A DNA stretch of 64,000 nt from Nitrososphaerales archaeon (GCA_030038395.1 JASHOZ010000056.1:23607-87606), one strand, 5' to 3'. Shown: positions 26,924 through 37,496, numbered from the stretch's first letter. The notes: generated from the sequence alone by a model not told the origin. A program made the numbers and translations.

Positions 26924-28600
26924 TTGCAGTACAAGTGGGTGGCGCTTTCGAACACCACCATCGGCACTCTGATGGCGTCGCTCGACGCGACCATCGTCTT
27001 GATTTCGCTCCCGGCGATATTCAACGGGATTCAGATCAACCCGCTGAACTCGTTCCAGTACCTGATCTGGCTCCTTTTCGGGTACAGCATCTGCACGTCC
27101 ACCCTCCTGGTGACGTTCGGCAGGATCTCCGACATGTTCGGGAGGGTGAGGCTCTACAACCTGGGGTTCGCCATCTTCACAGTCGGCACGATCCTGGCCT
27201 TCCTCACCCCCAACACAGGCACCCTCGGCGCCCTCGAACTGATCATCTTCAGAATGGTCCAGGGCGTTGGCGGCGCCTTCCTGTTCGCCAACGGCGCCGC
27301 AATCATCACTGACGCGTTCCCGGAGAACGAGCGCGGCCAGGCGCTCGGGATAAACATGGTCTCGGTCCTGGCCGGCTCGCTGATCGGGCTGGTCATGGGT
27401 GGCGTCCTCGCGTACTACGACTGGCGGTTCATCTTCCTCGTGAGCGTGCCCATCGGCATCTTCGGGACGATATGGTCGTACCTCAGACTTAAGGAGGTCG
27501 GAGTGATAAACAGGAACCAGAAGCTGGACGTCTGGGGGAACCTCGCGTTCGGGGCAGGGCTCACGCTCCTCCTCCTCGGCGTCAGCTACGGCCTCCTCCC
27601 TTACGGCTCTGCCCCGATGGGGTGGGGCAACCCCTGGGTGATTGCCTCCCTCGTCGGAGGGGCCGCGCTCTTGCTCGCTTTTCCGCTCATCGAAGCACAC
27701 GTCGAGTCGCCCATGTTCAGGATTGACCTCTTCAAGATCAGGCCCTTCAGCGCGGGGAACTTTGCTGGATTCCTCGGCGCGATGGGGAGGGGAGGAGTGC
27801 AGATAGTCCTGATCATTCTGCTGCAGGGCATCTGGCTCCCGCTCCACGGCTACGCCTACTCCTCGACCCCCCTGTGGTCTGGGGTCTACATCACGCCGAT
27901 GCTGCTCGGTTTCGTCGTGATGGGGCCGATCAGCGGGAGGCTGTCTGACAGGCGAGGCGCCCGGGGCCTGGCCACCGCCGGCATGATCATAACCGCCGCG
28001 TCCTTCCTGCTGCTGTCCGCACTCCCGTACAACTTCGTGCTCTGGGAGTTCGGCGTCATACTCTTCGTGATGGGTCTGGGAGGGGGCCTCTTCGCGTCCC
28101 CCAACACGGTCTCTATCATGAACTCCGTCCCGCCGGAGAACCGGGGGGCGGCGTCGGGCATGCGTGCGACGCTGCAGAACGTAGGCCAGACGGCGAGCAT
28201 CGCGGTATTCTTCTCGATTGTCCTCTCAGCTCTCTCCGGGAGCCTTCCGTCCGCCCTTGCCACGGCTGTCGCCCAGGCCGGGGCCCCCAACCTCTCCCAG
28301 ACCTTCATGAACATCCCTCCGACGAGCGCGCTCTTCGCCGCGTTCCTAGGCGAGAACCCCATCGGAACGCTGCTCGCGTCTCCCCAGCTCGCCCAGGCCA
28401 AGGCCTCGCTCTCCCCGGCGGTCCTCAGCTACCTCACAAGCAAGACATTCTTCCCGAACGCGATCGCGTCGGCGTTCGAGTCCTCTCTGCGGCTTGCCTA
28501 TTACATCGGGGCCGGTCTGTCGATAGTTGCGGCCGCGGCGTCGGCCCTCAGGGGATCAAAGAAGGTCGTCCCGAAGGAGCCAGACTCCTCCGCATCATGA
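26924..28600 (+). CDS. MFS transporter, DHA2/EmrB-like (14 TMS)
   Basis: '[26 protein letters not shown]' and '[16 protein letters not shown]' (MFS motif A). Length and helix count fit DHA2. Confidence 0.85.
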   Translation: MQYKWVALSNTTIGTLMASLDATIVLISLPAIFNGIQINPLNSFQYLIWLLFGYSICTSTLLVTFGRISDMFGRVRLYNLGFAIFTVGTILAFLTPNTGTLGALELIIFRMVQGVGGAFLFANGAAIITDAFPENERGQALGINMVSVLAGSLIGLVMGGVLAYYDWRFIFLVSVPIGIFGTIWSYLRLKEVGVINRNQKLDVWGNLAFGAGLTLLLLGVSYGLLPYGSAPMGWGNPWVIASLVGGAALLLAFPLIEAHVESPMFRIDLFKIRPFSAGNFAGFLGAMGRGGVQIVLIILLQGIWLPLHGYAYSSTPLWSGVYITPMLLGFVVMGPISGRLSDRRGARGLATAGMIITAASFLLLSALPYNFVLWEFGVILFVMGLGGGLFASPNTVSIMNSVPPENRGAASGMRATLQNVGQTASIAVFFSIVLSALSGSLPSALATAVAQAGAPNLSQTFMNIPPTSALFAAFLGENPIGTLLASPQLAQAKASLSPAVLSYLTSKTFFPNAIASAFESSLRLAYYIGAGLSIVAAAASALRGSKKVVPKEPDSSAS

Positions 28601-29383
28601 AGGCGTCCGCGCGAGCGACCTGTCGCACACCTGGCAGTACTCGCAGGCGCGGCACTTCGCCGCACTGGTGCTCGAAGTCGGCTCCCTCTCGCCCGTCCAG
28701 TATCCGCGCTTCGACCCTATGCTCGCCAGCGCGGCGGGGACGTCGTGAGCCATGACGTGCACCTTTACAGCCCCCCGGTACTCAGACTCCAGTCGGGCGA
28801 CCTTCCCACCCATCAACGCTCCCGACACTTTCCGTACCCAGCGCTTCTTCTCATCCTCCGACAGCTCGTCTGCCTTCACCCTGACGACCGCGAGGCGCAG
28901 TTCGGAGCAGTCGAGGCCCATCGTGTACAATAACAGCCCATAGATCCTCGCCTGCACCGCCTGATCGTCCCAGAGCCGGCCGGGGTCGCCTTTGGTGGTC
29001 TTCAGCTCGACCAGCCAGAGCGGCTTTCCCCCCGCCCACACTATGTGGTCGGGCATCCCGATGATACGCAGTCCCCCCACGCTCCCCCAGACCCCCAGCA
29101 CGGCGTAGCTCGGCACCTTCCTGCTCACCAGCTTCGCGAACGCCTTCGGCGTGATACTCACGCCCGGGACAAGCTCGTCGTGAAGGCGCGTCCCAGTCTC
29201 TTTGGTCTCGGTCGGAATCTCTCCCATCGCCACGGCGTTCTCGACCTTGTATTCGCAGTAGAACTGACCCGCGATGTCGGAGACTCCGACGAACGACACG
29301 CCGTGGCGGAACTCCGGTCGCGCGGCCGCCATGAACGCCGACTCCCGCTTCCACAGGTCCTCCCAGAAGGCGTCGGACGGCAT
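28595..29383 (-). CDS. Cas4-like PD-(D/E)xK nuclease with Cys cluster (orphan; no cas neighbours)
   Basis: N-terminal 'GQFYCEYK', 'TGTRLHDEL', 'PDHIVW...[11 protein letters not shown]' (D...ExK), 'QARIYGLL' (QxxxY) and C-terminal '[11 protein letters not shown]'. Confidence 0.65.
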   Translation of the reverse strand: MPSDAFWEDLWKRESAFMAAARPEFRHGVSFVGVSDIAGQFYCEYKVENAVAMGEIPTETKETGTRLHDELVPGVSITPKAFAKLVSRKVPSYAVLGVWGSVGGLRIIGMPDHIVWAGGKPLWLVELKTTKGDPGRLWDDQAVQARIYGLLLYTMGLDCSELRLAVVRVKADELSEDEKKRWVRKVSGALMGGKVARLESEYRGAVKVHVMAHDVPAALASIGSKRGYWTGEREPTSSTSAAKCRACEYCQVCDRSLARTPS

Positions 29384-29405
29384 GGCCCCAGAGCCGGCTG
29401 CGCGG

Positions 29406-30137
29406 TTATCTAAGGGCTACACGCGTCTTCGCTCCGAAGTAGGCGCCCACGGCCCCATGCGAGAGGGTTCTGAGGGTCCGCCTCTGCACGCCTTCGCGCT
29501 CGAAGGCTTCCGCTATGCTCTCGTCCCACCTTGTCTGATCGATGATACACGGGAGGTTCTTGAACGTGGTCGCCGCCTCGCTCTTTGCGAACTCTAGGAA
29601 GCGCCCGACGGCCGGGAGCACTCCCCCGATGTACAGCTTCAGGAAAGGGGAATACGGCCCACGCGGGCGGACAAAGTCGTAGAGGGCGACTCTGCCACCT
29701 TCCTTCAGGACCCTGGATGACTCACTGGCGAACCTTGCAATGTCTACGTACTTCGGCACATAGCAGGAAACCACCGCGTCGAACGTTCCGTCTGGGAAGG
29801 GGAGCGACTCCGCGTCGCCTTGGACCAGGCCTTCCACGCTCGATATCCTCTTCGACAATCCGATTCGAATCATCTCTTCGGTGAGGTCGACGCCCACCAT
29901 GGAACACCCGACCCGGTCGAGCTTGTCCTCGAGGAGGCACGTCCCGCTACCGATGTCCAGCACGCGCTCGCCCGGCTTCACGCCCGCGTTTTCGTACGCC
30001 CAGCGCTTCCAGTACCTGTCCTGGGCGAGGGTTGCGACGTTCAGCACTGTCTCGTATGACGTCGCCAGTCCTCCGAAGATCTCCAAGGCCGCGGCGTGCA
30101 TCTCTTCGCTTCGTCCGTGCTCCGCGGCACCGTCCAT
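29406..30137 (-). CDS. UbiE/MenG-type SAM-dependent methyltransferase
   Basis: 'FGGLATSYETVLNVATLAQDRYWKRWA' followed by motif I 'VLDIGSGTCLL'. It lies 22 nt upstream of the Cas4-like gene on the same strand. Confidence 0.75.
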   Translation of the reverse strand: MDGAAEHGRSEEMHAAALEIFGGLATSYETVLNVATLAQDRYWKRWAYENAGVKPGERVLDIGSGTCLLEDKLDRVGCSMVGVDLTEEMIRIGLSKRISSVEGLVQGDAESLPFPDGTFDAVVSCYVPKYVDIARFASESSRVLKEGGRVALYDFVRPRGPYSPFLKLYIGGVLPAVGRFLEFAKSEAATTFKNLPCIIDQTRWDESIAEAFEREGVQRRTLRTLSHGAVGAYFGAKTRVALR

Positions 30138-30167
30138 CGCATGCCCGGACTTTGGTGACCCTTATGC

Positions 30168-30938
30168 TTGGCGCGGGCGAAGGCGGAACAGTCAATAGAC
30201 CAGCACGGTCCGGATGCCGACGTGACTGGGGAGGACGAAGGTCCAACTCGGAGAAACGAGTGGTACGTCCCCAAGTTCGGTCCGCCCCGTTTCAGGCTCT
30301 TCGTGGGGATGGCGTTCGTACCGTACACCCTCATGAATGTCAGCTACGTCGTGACTGGCTCTATGCTCGCTCCTGGTGGCATCGACTGGGTGAGGGTGGG
30401 GGAAATCTCGATGGTCTACCTGCTGGCTGTAGGGATTTCGGCCCATGCCCTGGACGCTCTTGCTCCGAACAAGCCGTGGGGGACCTTCCTTTCGAGGACG
30501 CAACTCGAGGCTCTCGCGGTATTGGCCCTTGTGCCTGCGCTCTCACTCGGTCTTTACCTTGCGCTGAGCCACGCGCCTTGGTTGATCCCGGTCGGCCTGG
30601 CTGAACTCTTCTTCCTGCTGGCTTACAACCTCGAGCTGTTTGAAGGCAGGTTCCACACGGAAGGATGGTTCGCGTTCAGCTGGGGGTTCCTCCCTGCGAT
30701 TGCCGGGTTCGTGGCGCAGACGAACTCGCTCGCCCCGCAGGCCATCGCCGGGGGCGCGTTCGGACTCACGACCGCCTACGTGGAGATCAACGCATCGAGG
30801 CCGTACAAGGCGCTGAAGAGACGACTGGGAGACCCCCTCCTGGCAGAAAGCGGACTGCGCTTTGAGCGGGTGCTGAAAGGAGTAGTGGCATCAACCCTCG
30901 TCGTCGCCGTCCTCCTCATCACTCTCAGGCTCCAGTGA
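30168..30938 (+). CDS. hypothetical polytopic membrane protein
   Basis: At least 6 hydrophobic helices and no prenyltransferase Asp-rich motif. Divergent from the UbiE-like gene. Confidence 0.5.
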   Translation: MARAKAEQSIDQHGPDADVTGEDEGPTRRNEWYVPKFGPPRFRLFVGMAFVPYTLMNVSYVVTGSMLAPGGIDWVRVGEISMVYLLAVGISAHALDALAPNKPWGTFLSRTQLEALAVLALVPALSLGLYLALSHAPWLIPVGLAELFFLLAYNLELFEGRFHTEGWFAFSWGFLPAIAGFVAQTNSLAPQAIAGGAFGLTTAYVEINASRPYKALKRRLGDPLLAESGLRFERVLKGVVASTLVVAVLLITLRLQ

Positions 30939-31127
30939 GCCCCGATCCGACCAGCCTCGGTCCGAGGGCGTCACCGCCGGCGTGAGGGCTCACAGGGTCC
31001 GCTGAGCCTCTTAGCGTTCGTCGGTCACTACGTTGCTGAGGGGTGACTCGGCGTAGCTCATGCCCATCGCCGCCGGCAACCGTGCGACTCAGAAAGAGTG
31101 ATTTAGTGTGAGGGGAGCCGGCGGGGC

Positions 31128-32957
31128 GTGTTCGAGCCCCTCTTGGATGCGGACGCCCCCTGGAAGAAGAGGTTCCGCCTCCCCCGGGTGTCCATCCAGA
31201 TAGCTTCGGGCAACCCGGAACATGTGCTCGTTAACAGCAACCGGACCGGGGTCTATGAGCTGTACGCGTACGACCTCTCGTCGGACTCCCTGAAACAGCT
31301 GACGAACAGGGATTCTGGGACAGCGTATGGGACGATCTCGCCGGACGGTCGCCACATCTACTACATGGACGACAAGGCGGGGAACGAGACGGGACACATC
31401 GTACGGGTGCCGTTCGAGGGTGGGACGCCGCAGGACATGACCCCCGACCTTCCGGACTACACACTGGTGAGCCCCACCGCCGACGGGATTGGCTCGCGCA
31501 TGGGTGTCACGATTCCCAGGCCCGAGGGTTTCGACTCCTACGTGGTCACGATGAAGGACGGGAGGCCGGGGAAGGCGAGCATAATCAACAGGAGCAGGAG
31601 GATGGCCGACGGGCCAGTCTTCTCGCACGACGGGAGGCTCTCCGTCGTCAGTTCGGCGGAGCGCTTCGGCGGGCTCGACTTCACGGCCATCTCCTTCGAC
31701 ACGGGTTCCGGTGAGAGGCTCAACGAGCTGGCAGACGAGTCAAGCCGGGTCGACCCGGCGGCATTCTCCCCAGTGTCCGGCGACGCCCGTCTCCTCGCGG
31801 AGAGCAACAGGACAGGCATAATGCGCCCGCTAATTTGGGATGCGCGCACGGGCAGCAGGACCGACCTGCGAACTGAGAGCATAGAAGGCGACCTCGTCGG
31901 GATGGGGTGGTCCCCCGACGCGAGGAGGGTCCTCCTCTGCCAGACAGACAGAGCGACTACGCGACTTTGGACATACGACATCGGTTCTTCGGCACTCGCC
32001 AGGGTCCCCCACCCAGAGGGGACCGTCGTCGCGGCGCGTTTCCGGACGAACGACTCTGTGCTGATGTCCTGGCAGGACTCCACGCACCCGACCCAGCTCC
32101 TCTCACTCGACCTCAGCGGCCCCTCACCCGAGTCAAAGGCGTACCTGGTCCAGTCGGACGTCCCGAAGTCCAGGCCGTGGAAACGCGCCACTTACAGGTC
32201 GTCTGACGGCCAGGAGATTCAGTGCTGGTACGCGACCCCCGAAGGGAAGGGCCCGTTCCCCACGATATTCGAGACACACGGCGGACCGACGAGCGTGATG
32301 CCCAACGTCTTCTCTCCGAGGAGCCAAATCTGGCTCGACCACGGGTTCGCTTTCATCTCCGTCAACTACAGGGGCTCTACGACTTTCGGGAAGGAGTTCG
32401 AGAAGAAGATCAACTGTGACATCGGTCACTGGGAGGTCGAAGACATGGTCGCCGGGCGAGACTGGATCGTCCGGAGCGGCATCGCCAAGCCTGACGAGAT
32501 CTTCCTCACCGGTTGGTCGTACGGAGGGTACCTTACGCTGCAAGCTATGGGCGTCCGTCCTGAACTGTGGGCGGGGGGCATGGGAGGAGTGGTGGTAGCT
32601 GACTGGGTGTCTGAGTACGACGACGAGCCGGATGCGATGAGGGGGTACGACGTCGCGCTCCACGGGGGGCCACCCAAGGAGAAGATGCAGGAGTACGAGA
32701 AGGCCTCGCCCATAACCTATGTCGAGAGACTGGCGGCCCCGGTGCTTATAATCCAGGGGAAGAACGACGTCAGGGACCCGCCCCGACAGGTGGAGCTGTA
32801 CGAGGCCAAGGCGAGGGCGCTGGGCAAGGACGTGACGGTCGAGTGGTTTGACACCGGACACGCAGGGTCCGGGATAAACGTCGAACTCGCGGTCCGCCAC
32901 CACGAAGTCATGCTGCGGTGGATGCAGAAGGTATTGGGCGAGAAGCGTAACAGGTGA
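31128..32957 (+). CDS. S9-family serine peptidase (prolyl oligopeptidase/acylaminoacyl-peptidase-like)
   Basis: N-terminal beta-propeller region and a C-terminal alpha/beta hydrolase. Nucleophile elbow 'GWSYGGYLT', plus 'GKNDVRDP' and 'DTGHAG' (Asp and His of the triad). Confidence 0.85.
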   Translation: MFEPLLDADAPWKKRFRLPRVSIQIASGNPEHVLVNSNRTGVYELYAYDLSSDSLKQLTNRDSGTAYGTISPDGRHIYYMDDKAGNETGHIVRVPFEGGTPQDMTPDLPDYTLVSPTADGIGSRMGVTIPRPEGFDSYVVTMKDGRPGKASIINRSRRMADGPVFSHDGRLSVVSSAERFGGLDFTAISFDTGSGERLNELADESSRVDPAAFSPVSGDARLLAESNRTGIMRPLIWDARTGSRTDLRTESIEGDLVGMGWSPDARRVLLCQTDRATTRLWTYDIGSSALARVPHPEGTVVAARFRTNDSVLMSWQDSTHPTQLLSLDLSGPSPESKAYLVQSDVPKSRPWKRATYRSSDGQEIQCWYATPEGKGPFPTIFETHGGPTSVMPNVFSPRSQIWLDHGFAFISVNYRGSTTFGKEFEKKINCDIGHWEVEDMVAGRDWIVRSGIAKPDEIFLTGWSYGGYLTLQAMGVRPELWAGGMGGVVVADWVSEYDDEPDAMRGYDVALHGGPPKEKMQEYEKASPITYVERLAAPVLIIQGKNDVRDPPRQVELYEAKARALGKDVTVEWFDTGHAGSGINVELAVRHHEVMLRWMQKVLGEKRNR

Positions 32958-33005
32958 GACCGGAGGCCGCGAGAAGCTGCGGCCGCGCTCGCCCCCGGGG
33001 CTTTC

Positions 33006-33389
33006 CTACATTCCCTTGCTCTGCCAGAGGCCGATTATGTTGCCTTCCGTGTCCTGGAAGTAGGCGGCCCACCCCATGTCGGCGACGGGGTTCTTCTTTC
33101 CGACCACCTTCCCCCCGAGCTTCGTTATGCTCTTCCAGGCGGCGTCGATGTCGGGGACGGATATGGTCACGGTGACGCCCTCAGGGGCCATCTCCCCCTT
33201 CTTCCCCATGCCGCCGTTGATTGCGCCGGGCTTGCTCGGCATACCGTTCTTGTCGGACGCGGTGGTACCGAGCATCCAGTATTCTGCACCCTCGAACTTG
33301 TTTACTGACCAGCCGAAGGCCTTCGAATAAAATTCCGAAGCTCTCTTGGGGTCCTTTGCGGGTATCTCGAAGTGAACTACTGAGTCCAT
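33006..33389 (-). CDS. VOC/glyoxalase-family protein
   Basis: 'VVHFEIPAKDPKRASEFYSKAFGW' and the C-terminal 'AYFQDTEGNIIGLWQ' repeat of the VOC fold. Confidence 0.8.
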   Translation of the reverse strand: MDSVVHFEIPAKDPKRASEFYSKAFGWSVNKFEGAEYWMLGTTASDKNGMPSKPGAINGGMGKKGEMAPEGVTVTISVPDIDAAWKSITKLGGKVVGKKNPVADMGWAAYFQDTEGNIIGLWQSKGM

Positions 33390-33487
33390 GATGGCGCTCC
33401 GGCATCCGTGGATTTAAGCAACGCCAATTGACTCTATGACGAAGGCGCCAAATGGATATGTAACGCGGTGGGGCGGAGTCTTAGGCT

Positions 33488-34351
33488 GTGTCCGAGGAAC
33501 CAAGGATAACTGAGGAGCTGAGCATCGGCGACCTGATTTCTCGGACGTTCCACCTCTTCGCAAGGGACTTCGAGAGCTACTTCGTCGTCTTCCTCGTCGT
33601 CGGCATCGTAACCGGGGTGTTGAGTACGGCTCTGTCCGGGGTGATAGTAATCTCGTCTCTTCCCAGTGGGGCTCCGACGTCGCAGGTGCTGAGCTACCTC
33701 GCGGGCGTGCTGGAGCTTGCGGTCCTAACCGCGATAGTGAGCTGGATAGTCGGCTCCGTCGCCACGGGAGCCGCGGTACGCATGGCGTCAGTGGTGATCC
33801 AGGGCGGGCAAGCAGACTGGAACGCGAGCGTGAAGTTCACGTTCTCGAAGATCATCCCGATCTGGATAGTCGAGCTTGTGGTCGGCCTGATCGTCTTCTT
33901 GGGCGTCCTCGCGCTCATCGTCCCTGGGATAATCCTGTACATCATGTTCTCCCTCGCCGTGCCAGTCCTGCTAATCGAGGGCACCGACATACTGCCGAGC
34001 ATGGCGAGAAGCCGCAAGCTCGTCGGGAACAGGTGGCTCAAGACGTTCGGGTACCTTCTCATCATAGGCATCGTCATGGGGATCGCGTCGCTGATAGTGG
34101 GAGTAATCGGCGGACTGTTCGGGCCGGCGAGCACCGTCGTGAAGGATGCACTATCGGCGCTGTACATGCCGATACTTCCGATAGGACTGACGGTGTACTA
34201 CTATTCGAACGCGGCCCGGCTGGAGCCGCCTCCCGCCCAGCCTGTGGCACCGCCAGTCCAGGCATCGGTCAAGTTCTGCCCAGGGTGCGGCACGCAGCTC
34301 AGCGCATCTTCGCTCTTCTGCCCGAAGTGCGGCGCGAAACAGCCTTCCTAG
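33488..34351 (+). CDS. polytopic membrane protein with C-terminal double-CxxC zinc ribbon
   Basis: 6-7 TM helices followed by 'KFCPGCGTQLSASSLFCPKCGAKQ'. GTG start. Confidence 0.6.
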   Translation: MSEEPRITEELSIGDLISRTFHLFARDFESYFVVFLVVGIVTGVLSTALSGVIVISSLPSGAPTSQVLSYLAGVLELAVLTAIVSWIVGSVATGAAVRMASVVIQGGQADWNASVKFTFSKIIPIWIVELVVGLIVFLGVLALIVPGIILYIMFSLAVPVLLIEGTDILPSMARSRKLVGNRWLKTFGYLLIIGIVMGIASLIVGVIGGLFGPASTVVKDALSALYMPILPIGLTVYYYSNAARLEPPPAQPVAPPVQASVKFCPGCGTQLSASSLFCPKCGAKQPS

Positions 34352-34357
34352 CATCAG

Positions 34358-34738
34358 CTACACGTACGTCTCGATCGCGCGCTTCAGAAGGGTCCGGTGG
34401 CAGTGCGCTTCGTCCTTGCACCCGCACAGTAGGGTGATCGTCCCGACCCTCGACTCTGCTGCCAGGGCTCTCAGCGCCTCCTCCTTCCCCTTGAGCCCCG
34501 CCGCGTACCCGCGAGTGAACTCGGCCCATGTGATGCCACCTGACTTCCACTTCCTGATCAGCTCCCTGTCGGTACCGAGTTCTTTCATCCAGGCGTCCAC
34601 CTTGTCTCTGGAGACTCCTCTGGGCCACAGTCTCATCACCAGGATGCGCCTCCCGTCGGCTTCATCCCTCTGGTCGTAGACAGTCTTCCTCGTCCTAATC
34701 AAGCCGACTCCCCACGACCGTTCAAAGGTTTCGTGCAT
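34358..34738 (-). CDS. DUF488-family protein
   Basis: 'ILVMRLWPRGVSRDKVDAWMKELGTDRELIRKW...ITLLCGCKDEAHCHRTLL' is the DUF488 signature. The ATG at 34738 avoids overlap with the upstream gene. Confidence 0.7.
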   Translation of the reverse strand: MHETFERSWGVGLIRTRKTVYDQRDEADGRRILVMRLWPRGVSRDKVDAWMKELGTDRELIRKWKSGGITWAEFTRGYAAGLKGKEEALRALAAESRVGTITLLCGCKDEAHCHRTLLKRAIETYV

Positions 34739-34740
34739 CT

Positions 34741-36431
34741 TCACCAAAGCGTCTCGAAGTTCTTCATAGTGGTTGAAGGCGAATAGGCGAACACCACGGG
34801 CTGGTCCCAGCTTGAAACGGCTTCGACATGGGGATAATCCTCGCCCCACTTCCAGAGCAGCTTCCAGTACGACTCGCCGCCTTGGATCGTGCTGGCATGC
34901 TCAACACATACCCATCCAGGTTCTGCGAGATAAGCCGGACACCCCATAGTGACCGACCATCCTCCCTTCCCGATCGGGAAGCGGCTCATGATCCCGAACT
35001 GAAAGAAGTAGTGTCCGCTTTCGCCGCCGCTCCCGCTAGCCACGCCGATGTCAAAGTCGGGATTCTCTTGAGGGGGCGCGGCGAAGCTCGTCATGTTGCG
35101 CAAAGGACCTGCACCGACTCCGTAAGCCCAATAGACGGTGTGCCCAATCCATTCAACGGTCAGGTGAATCTCGGAAGACAGATTCGTCACGCCAATCTCT
35201 GAAGAGTTCAGGAACATCAGGACCTTCCAGGAGTGGCCACCGCAAGCTGAGACGTAGTCACAGACCTCCCACGCGCTGGCGACCAAAACCTCGTTGCCGT
35301 TCCTGAAAAGATAGGCGTCGTGTCTGTAACCATAGTCGATTCCGTCTACGCAACAACCCGGCGAGTGGACGCCTAGCCCCGCGGCCAAGTAGTTGTCGGG
35401 CTGAATAGACGACAGGTTCGTGCCGGCGAAGCTCACCGTCAGCGACACCCCCTTTGTTCTGCCAAGGGCCGAGTCCATGTACCCTCCGGCATAAGCGTGC
35501 ACGCCCATGCCAAAGGAGGCGGTGCTCCCTGAAGACCCCTCCTGCGGCACAATTCCGACCACCGCGTCCGGATAGATGACCACTATCATCAGCAGCGCGA
35601 GAGTCACCGCGGTGATGAGAGGCCAACGCGAAGATGCGAGTCGAGAAGGCCACGAGTTTGCGCCGTGTTTCATGAGAAGAGTTCCCACAATTGCGCCAGC
35701 TACGACTGCGGTTGCCATCAGAAGAATGTCGTCTGCGACGAGCGCAAAGTAAGCTGCGGCGATGCCTAGCGTGACTGGGATGGTCACCGAACCGGCGACG
35801 AGCGGGACGGCGACGCCGGGGAGCGCACGGGTCTTAGCCGCCGACGATGCAGAGGTCGCGAGTGAAAGGATGAAGAGAAGGGAGACGACCCCCACGGTTT
35901 GGCTGAGGCGAGGAGCCTGGTGCCGGCGAACGTGAAGACGACCGGATAGTAGGCATCGGCCACGAAAGTGGCGAAGGACACAAGAGCGAAGGTGAGGCCA
36001 GAGTAGGACCGCTTGGAGCTCACGATTGCTCCCATCGAGCCCCCGGCAACGCCAGTCGAAGACAGATCGAGTCCCAGCCGGAGGGGCTTGAGCTCCTCCG
36101 GGCCTGTGCTGTAGCAGACCTTTGGAGTGCAGAGGACGTAGAACAGGATCGTCAGCCCGATGACCCCGGTGACCGAGCAGACTGCAGCCGAGACTGCGCT
36201 CTTGAGGATGACGCCCGCGGCTACAGACCCGGCAAGAATCAGAACCATGAAGAGCCAAATCCTCGGTCCCGACCAGTCGCCAAACACAGGACTGCCTGTC
36301 AGAAAGCAGTACTCCGTAATCCGCTCGACCGTATAGCTCAGAGCAAGCACGGCGGCCACCGAGACGAGCGCCTTTGCGGCCGAGAACCCTCTCTCACGAC
36401 TCGGGATCCTCGAGCCCGGACGCGAATGCAT
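34741..36431 (-). pseudogene. membrane-anchored protein with large extracytoplasmic C-terminal domain; reading frame broken by a 1-nt shift at a C5 run (35889-35893)
   Basis: The ORF 35784-36431 is protein-like (TM helices) until '...FAGTRLLASAKP' and then turns into junk. The ORF 34741-36258 is Arg-rich junk until '...QT', then becomes protein-like ('VGVVSLLFILSLATS...') through to its stop. The switch coincides with GTGGGGGTC on the coding strand. Confidence 0.6.
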
Positions 36432-36700
36432 AAGTCTCCTCGCCCGAGCTCAGAGAAGTAACGCTTCGCCCGCTTAGTCGTTGTTACCAACTCGCGACCT
36501 CGTCTTCCTGACCGATGCGGGTGCAGTGTGTTTCCGCCGACTGCCTCGTCGCAGCGACATCCCCCGTGTGACTCGATCGGTCACGACATGCATAGACCCG
36601 ATCTGACAGCACGATGCCGGACGTCGTCGAATTATACATGTTCTCGGCCGTCGACCCCTCATGAGGTCTCGCAGTCCCATTCAGTTCTAAACTCCAAGCA

Positions 36701-37489
36701 TCATAGGTGCGGCCGCAGTCGACCCTGGCCCGACCACCCAGACGATGTCCTCCCCTTCGCGGCCTTCCTCCATCTTGCGGCGCGAGACTGAGCCTGTAGC
36801 GGACGGACTTCTCTACGGTTCGACTCCTCGACGACCTTCCTGAACAAGGAGGTCATCATCTTCGCAGTCAGCTTGCCGGTGTTGGTGTTCCTCGGGCTGG
36901 GGTGATAGCAGGCATAGACAGTAGGGACGTTTGCGAGCGCGTAGCTTCCTCCATGTCGGAACTCCATCCTCTTGACATCGGCGCCTTTCCGCTCTGCCCA
37001 CTTAGTTATCGACTCGAACGCCAAGTGGCCCAGGGCGACGATCGATTGCACGCGGGGAAGGAGCGATAGCTCGGAGTCCAAGTACGGTGCGCAGTTCTGG
37101 AACTCCTCTCTGGTCGGCCTGTCGCCCGGCGGGACGCACTTCACGGCGGCGGTGATGTAGCAGCCCTTTAGCACCAGGCCGTCGTCTTTCGAAAGCGACT
37201 CCGGTTTGCTGGCGAGCCCTGCGGCGTGCATGCACTTCATGAGGAACGCGGCCGACGCGTCGCCCGTGAACACCCTCCCTGTCCTGTTCCCTCCATGCGC
37301 CGCAGGAGCCAGGCCGACGACGACTATGCCTGCCCCCAAGTCGCCGAACCCTGGCACAGGCTTTCTCCAGTAGTCCTGCCCGCGGAAGGCAGCCCGGACG
37401 GGGACGGACTCCCTGAAGCCGGCGAGCCTGGGGCATCTCCTGCAAGAGACGAGGTCAGCCCGCAGCTCCTCCATGCTGGCCCAGCCCAA
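36701..37489 (-). CDS. uracil-DNA glycosylase, family 4/5 (UdgB-like)
   Basis: 'CRRCPRL', 'GLAPAAHGGNRTGRVFTGD', 'CVPPGDRPTREEFQNCAPYL' and 'YHPSPRNTNTGKL' are 4Fe-4S UDG motifs. GLAPA instead of GEAPG suggests family 5. Confidence 0.8.
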   Translation of the reverse strand: MGWASMEELRADLVSCRRCPRLAGFRESVPVRAAFRGQDYWRKPVPGFGDLGAGIVVVGLAPAAHGGNRTGRVFTGDASAAFLMKCMHAAGLASKPESLSKDDGLVLKGCYITAAVKCVPPGDRPTREEFQNCAPYLDSELSLLPRVQSIVALGHLAFESITKWAERKGADVKRMEFRHGGSYALANVPTVYACYHPSPRNTNTGKLTAKMMTSLFRKVVEESNRREVRPLQAQSRAARWRKAAKGRTSSGWSGQGRLRPHL

Positions 37490-37496
37490 CCTGTAG

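Noticed and set aside
26071-27847. Long ORFs 26071-27312 (+, 413 aa) and 26882-27847 (-, 321 aa)
   Set aside because: Their translations are dominated by Arg/Gly/Pro/Asp/Glu runs. They lie out of frame or antisense over the clearly recognisable HAD phosphatase and MFS transporter genes. These are typical GC-rich shadow ORFs.
31538-32903. Minus-strand ORFs 31538-32191 and 32133-32903 opposite the S9 peptidase
   Set aside because: These are shadow ORFs. The plus strand carries the complete propeller plus the catalytic triad.
36432-36700. ORFs 36474-36680 (-) and 36528-36791 (+) in the gap upstream of the frameshifted membrane gene
   Set aside because: Both translations are Arg/Ser/His-rich and overlap each other. 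The region more likely holds the promoter and 5' region of the membrane-protein gene.
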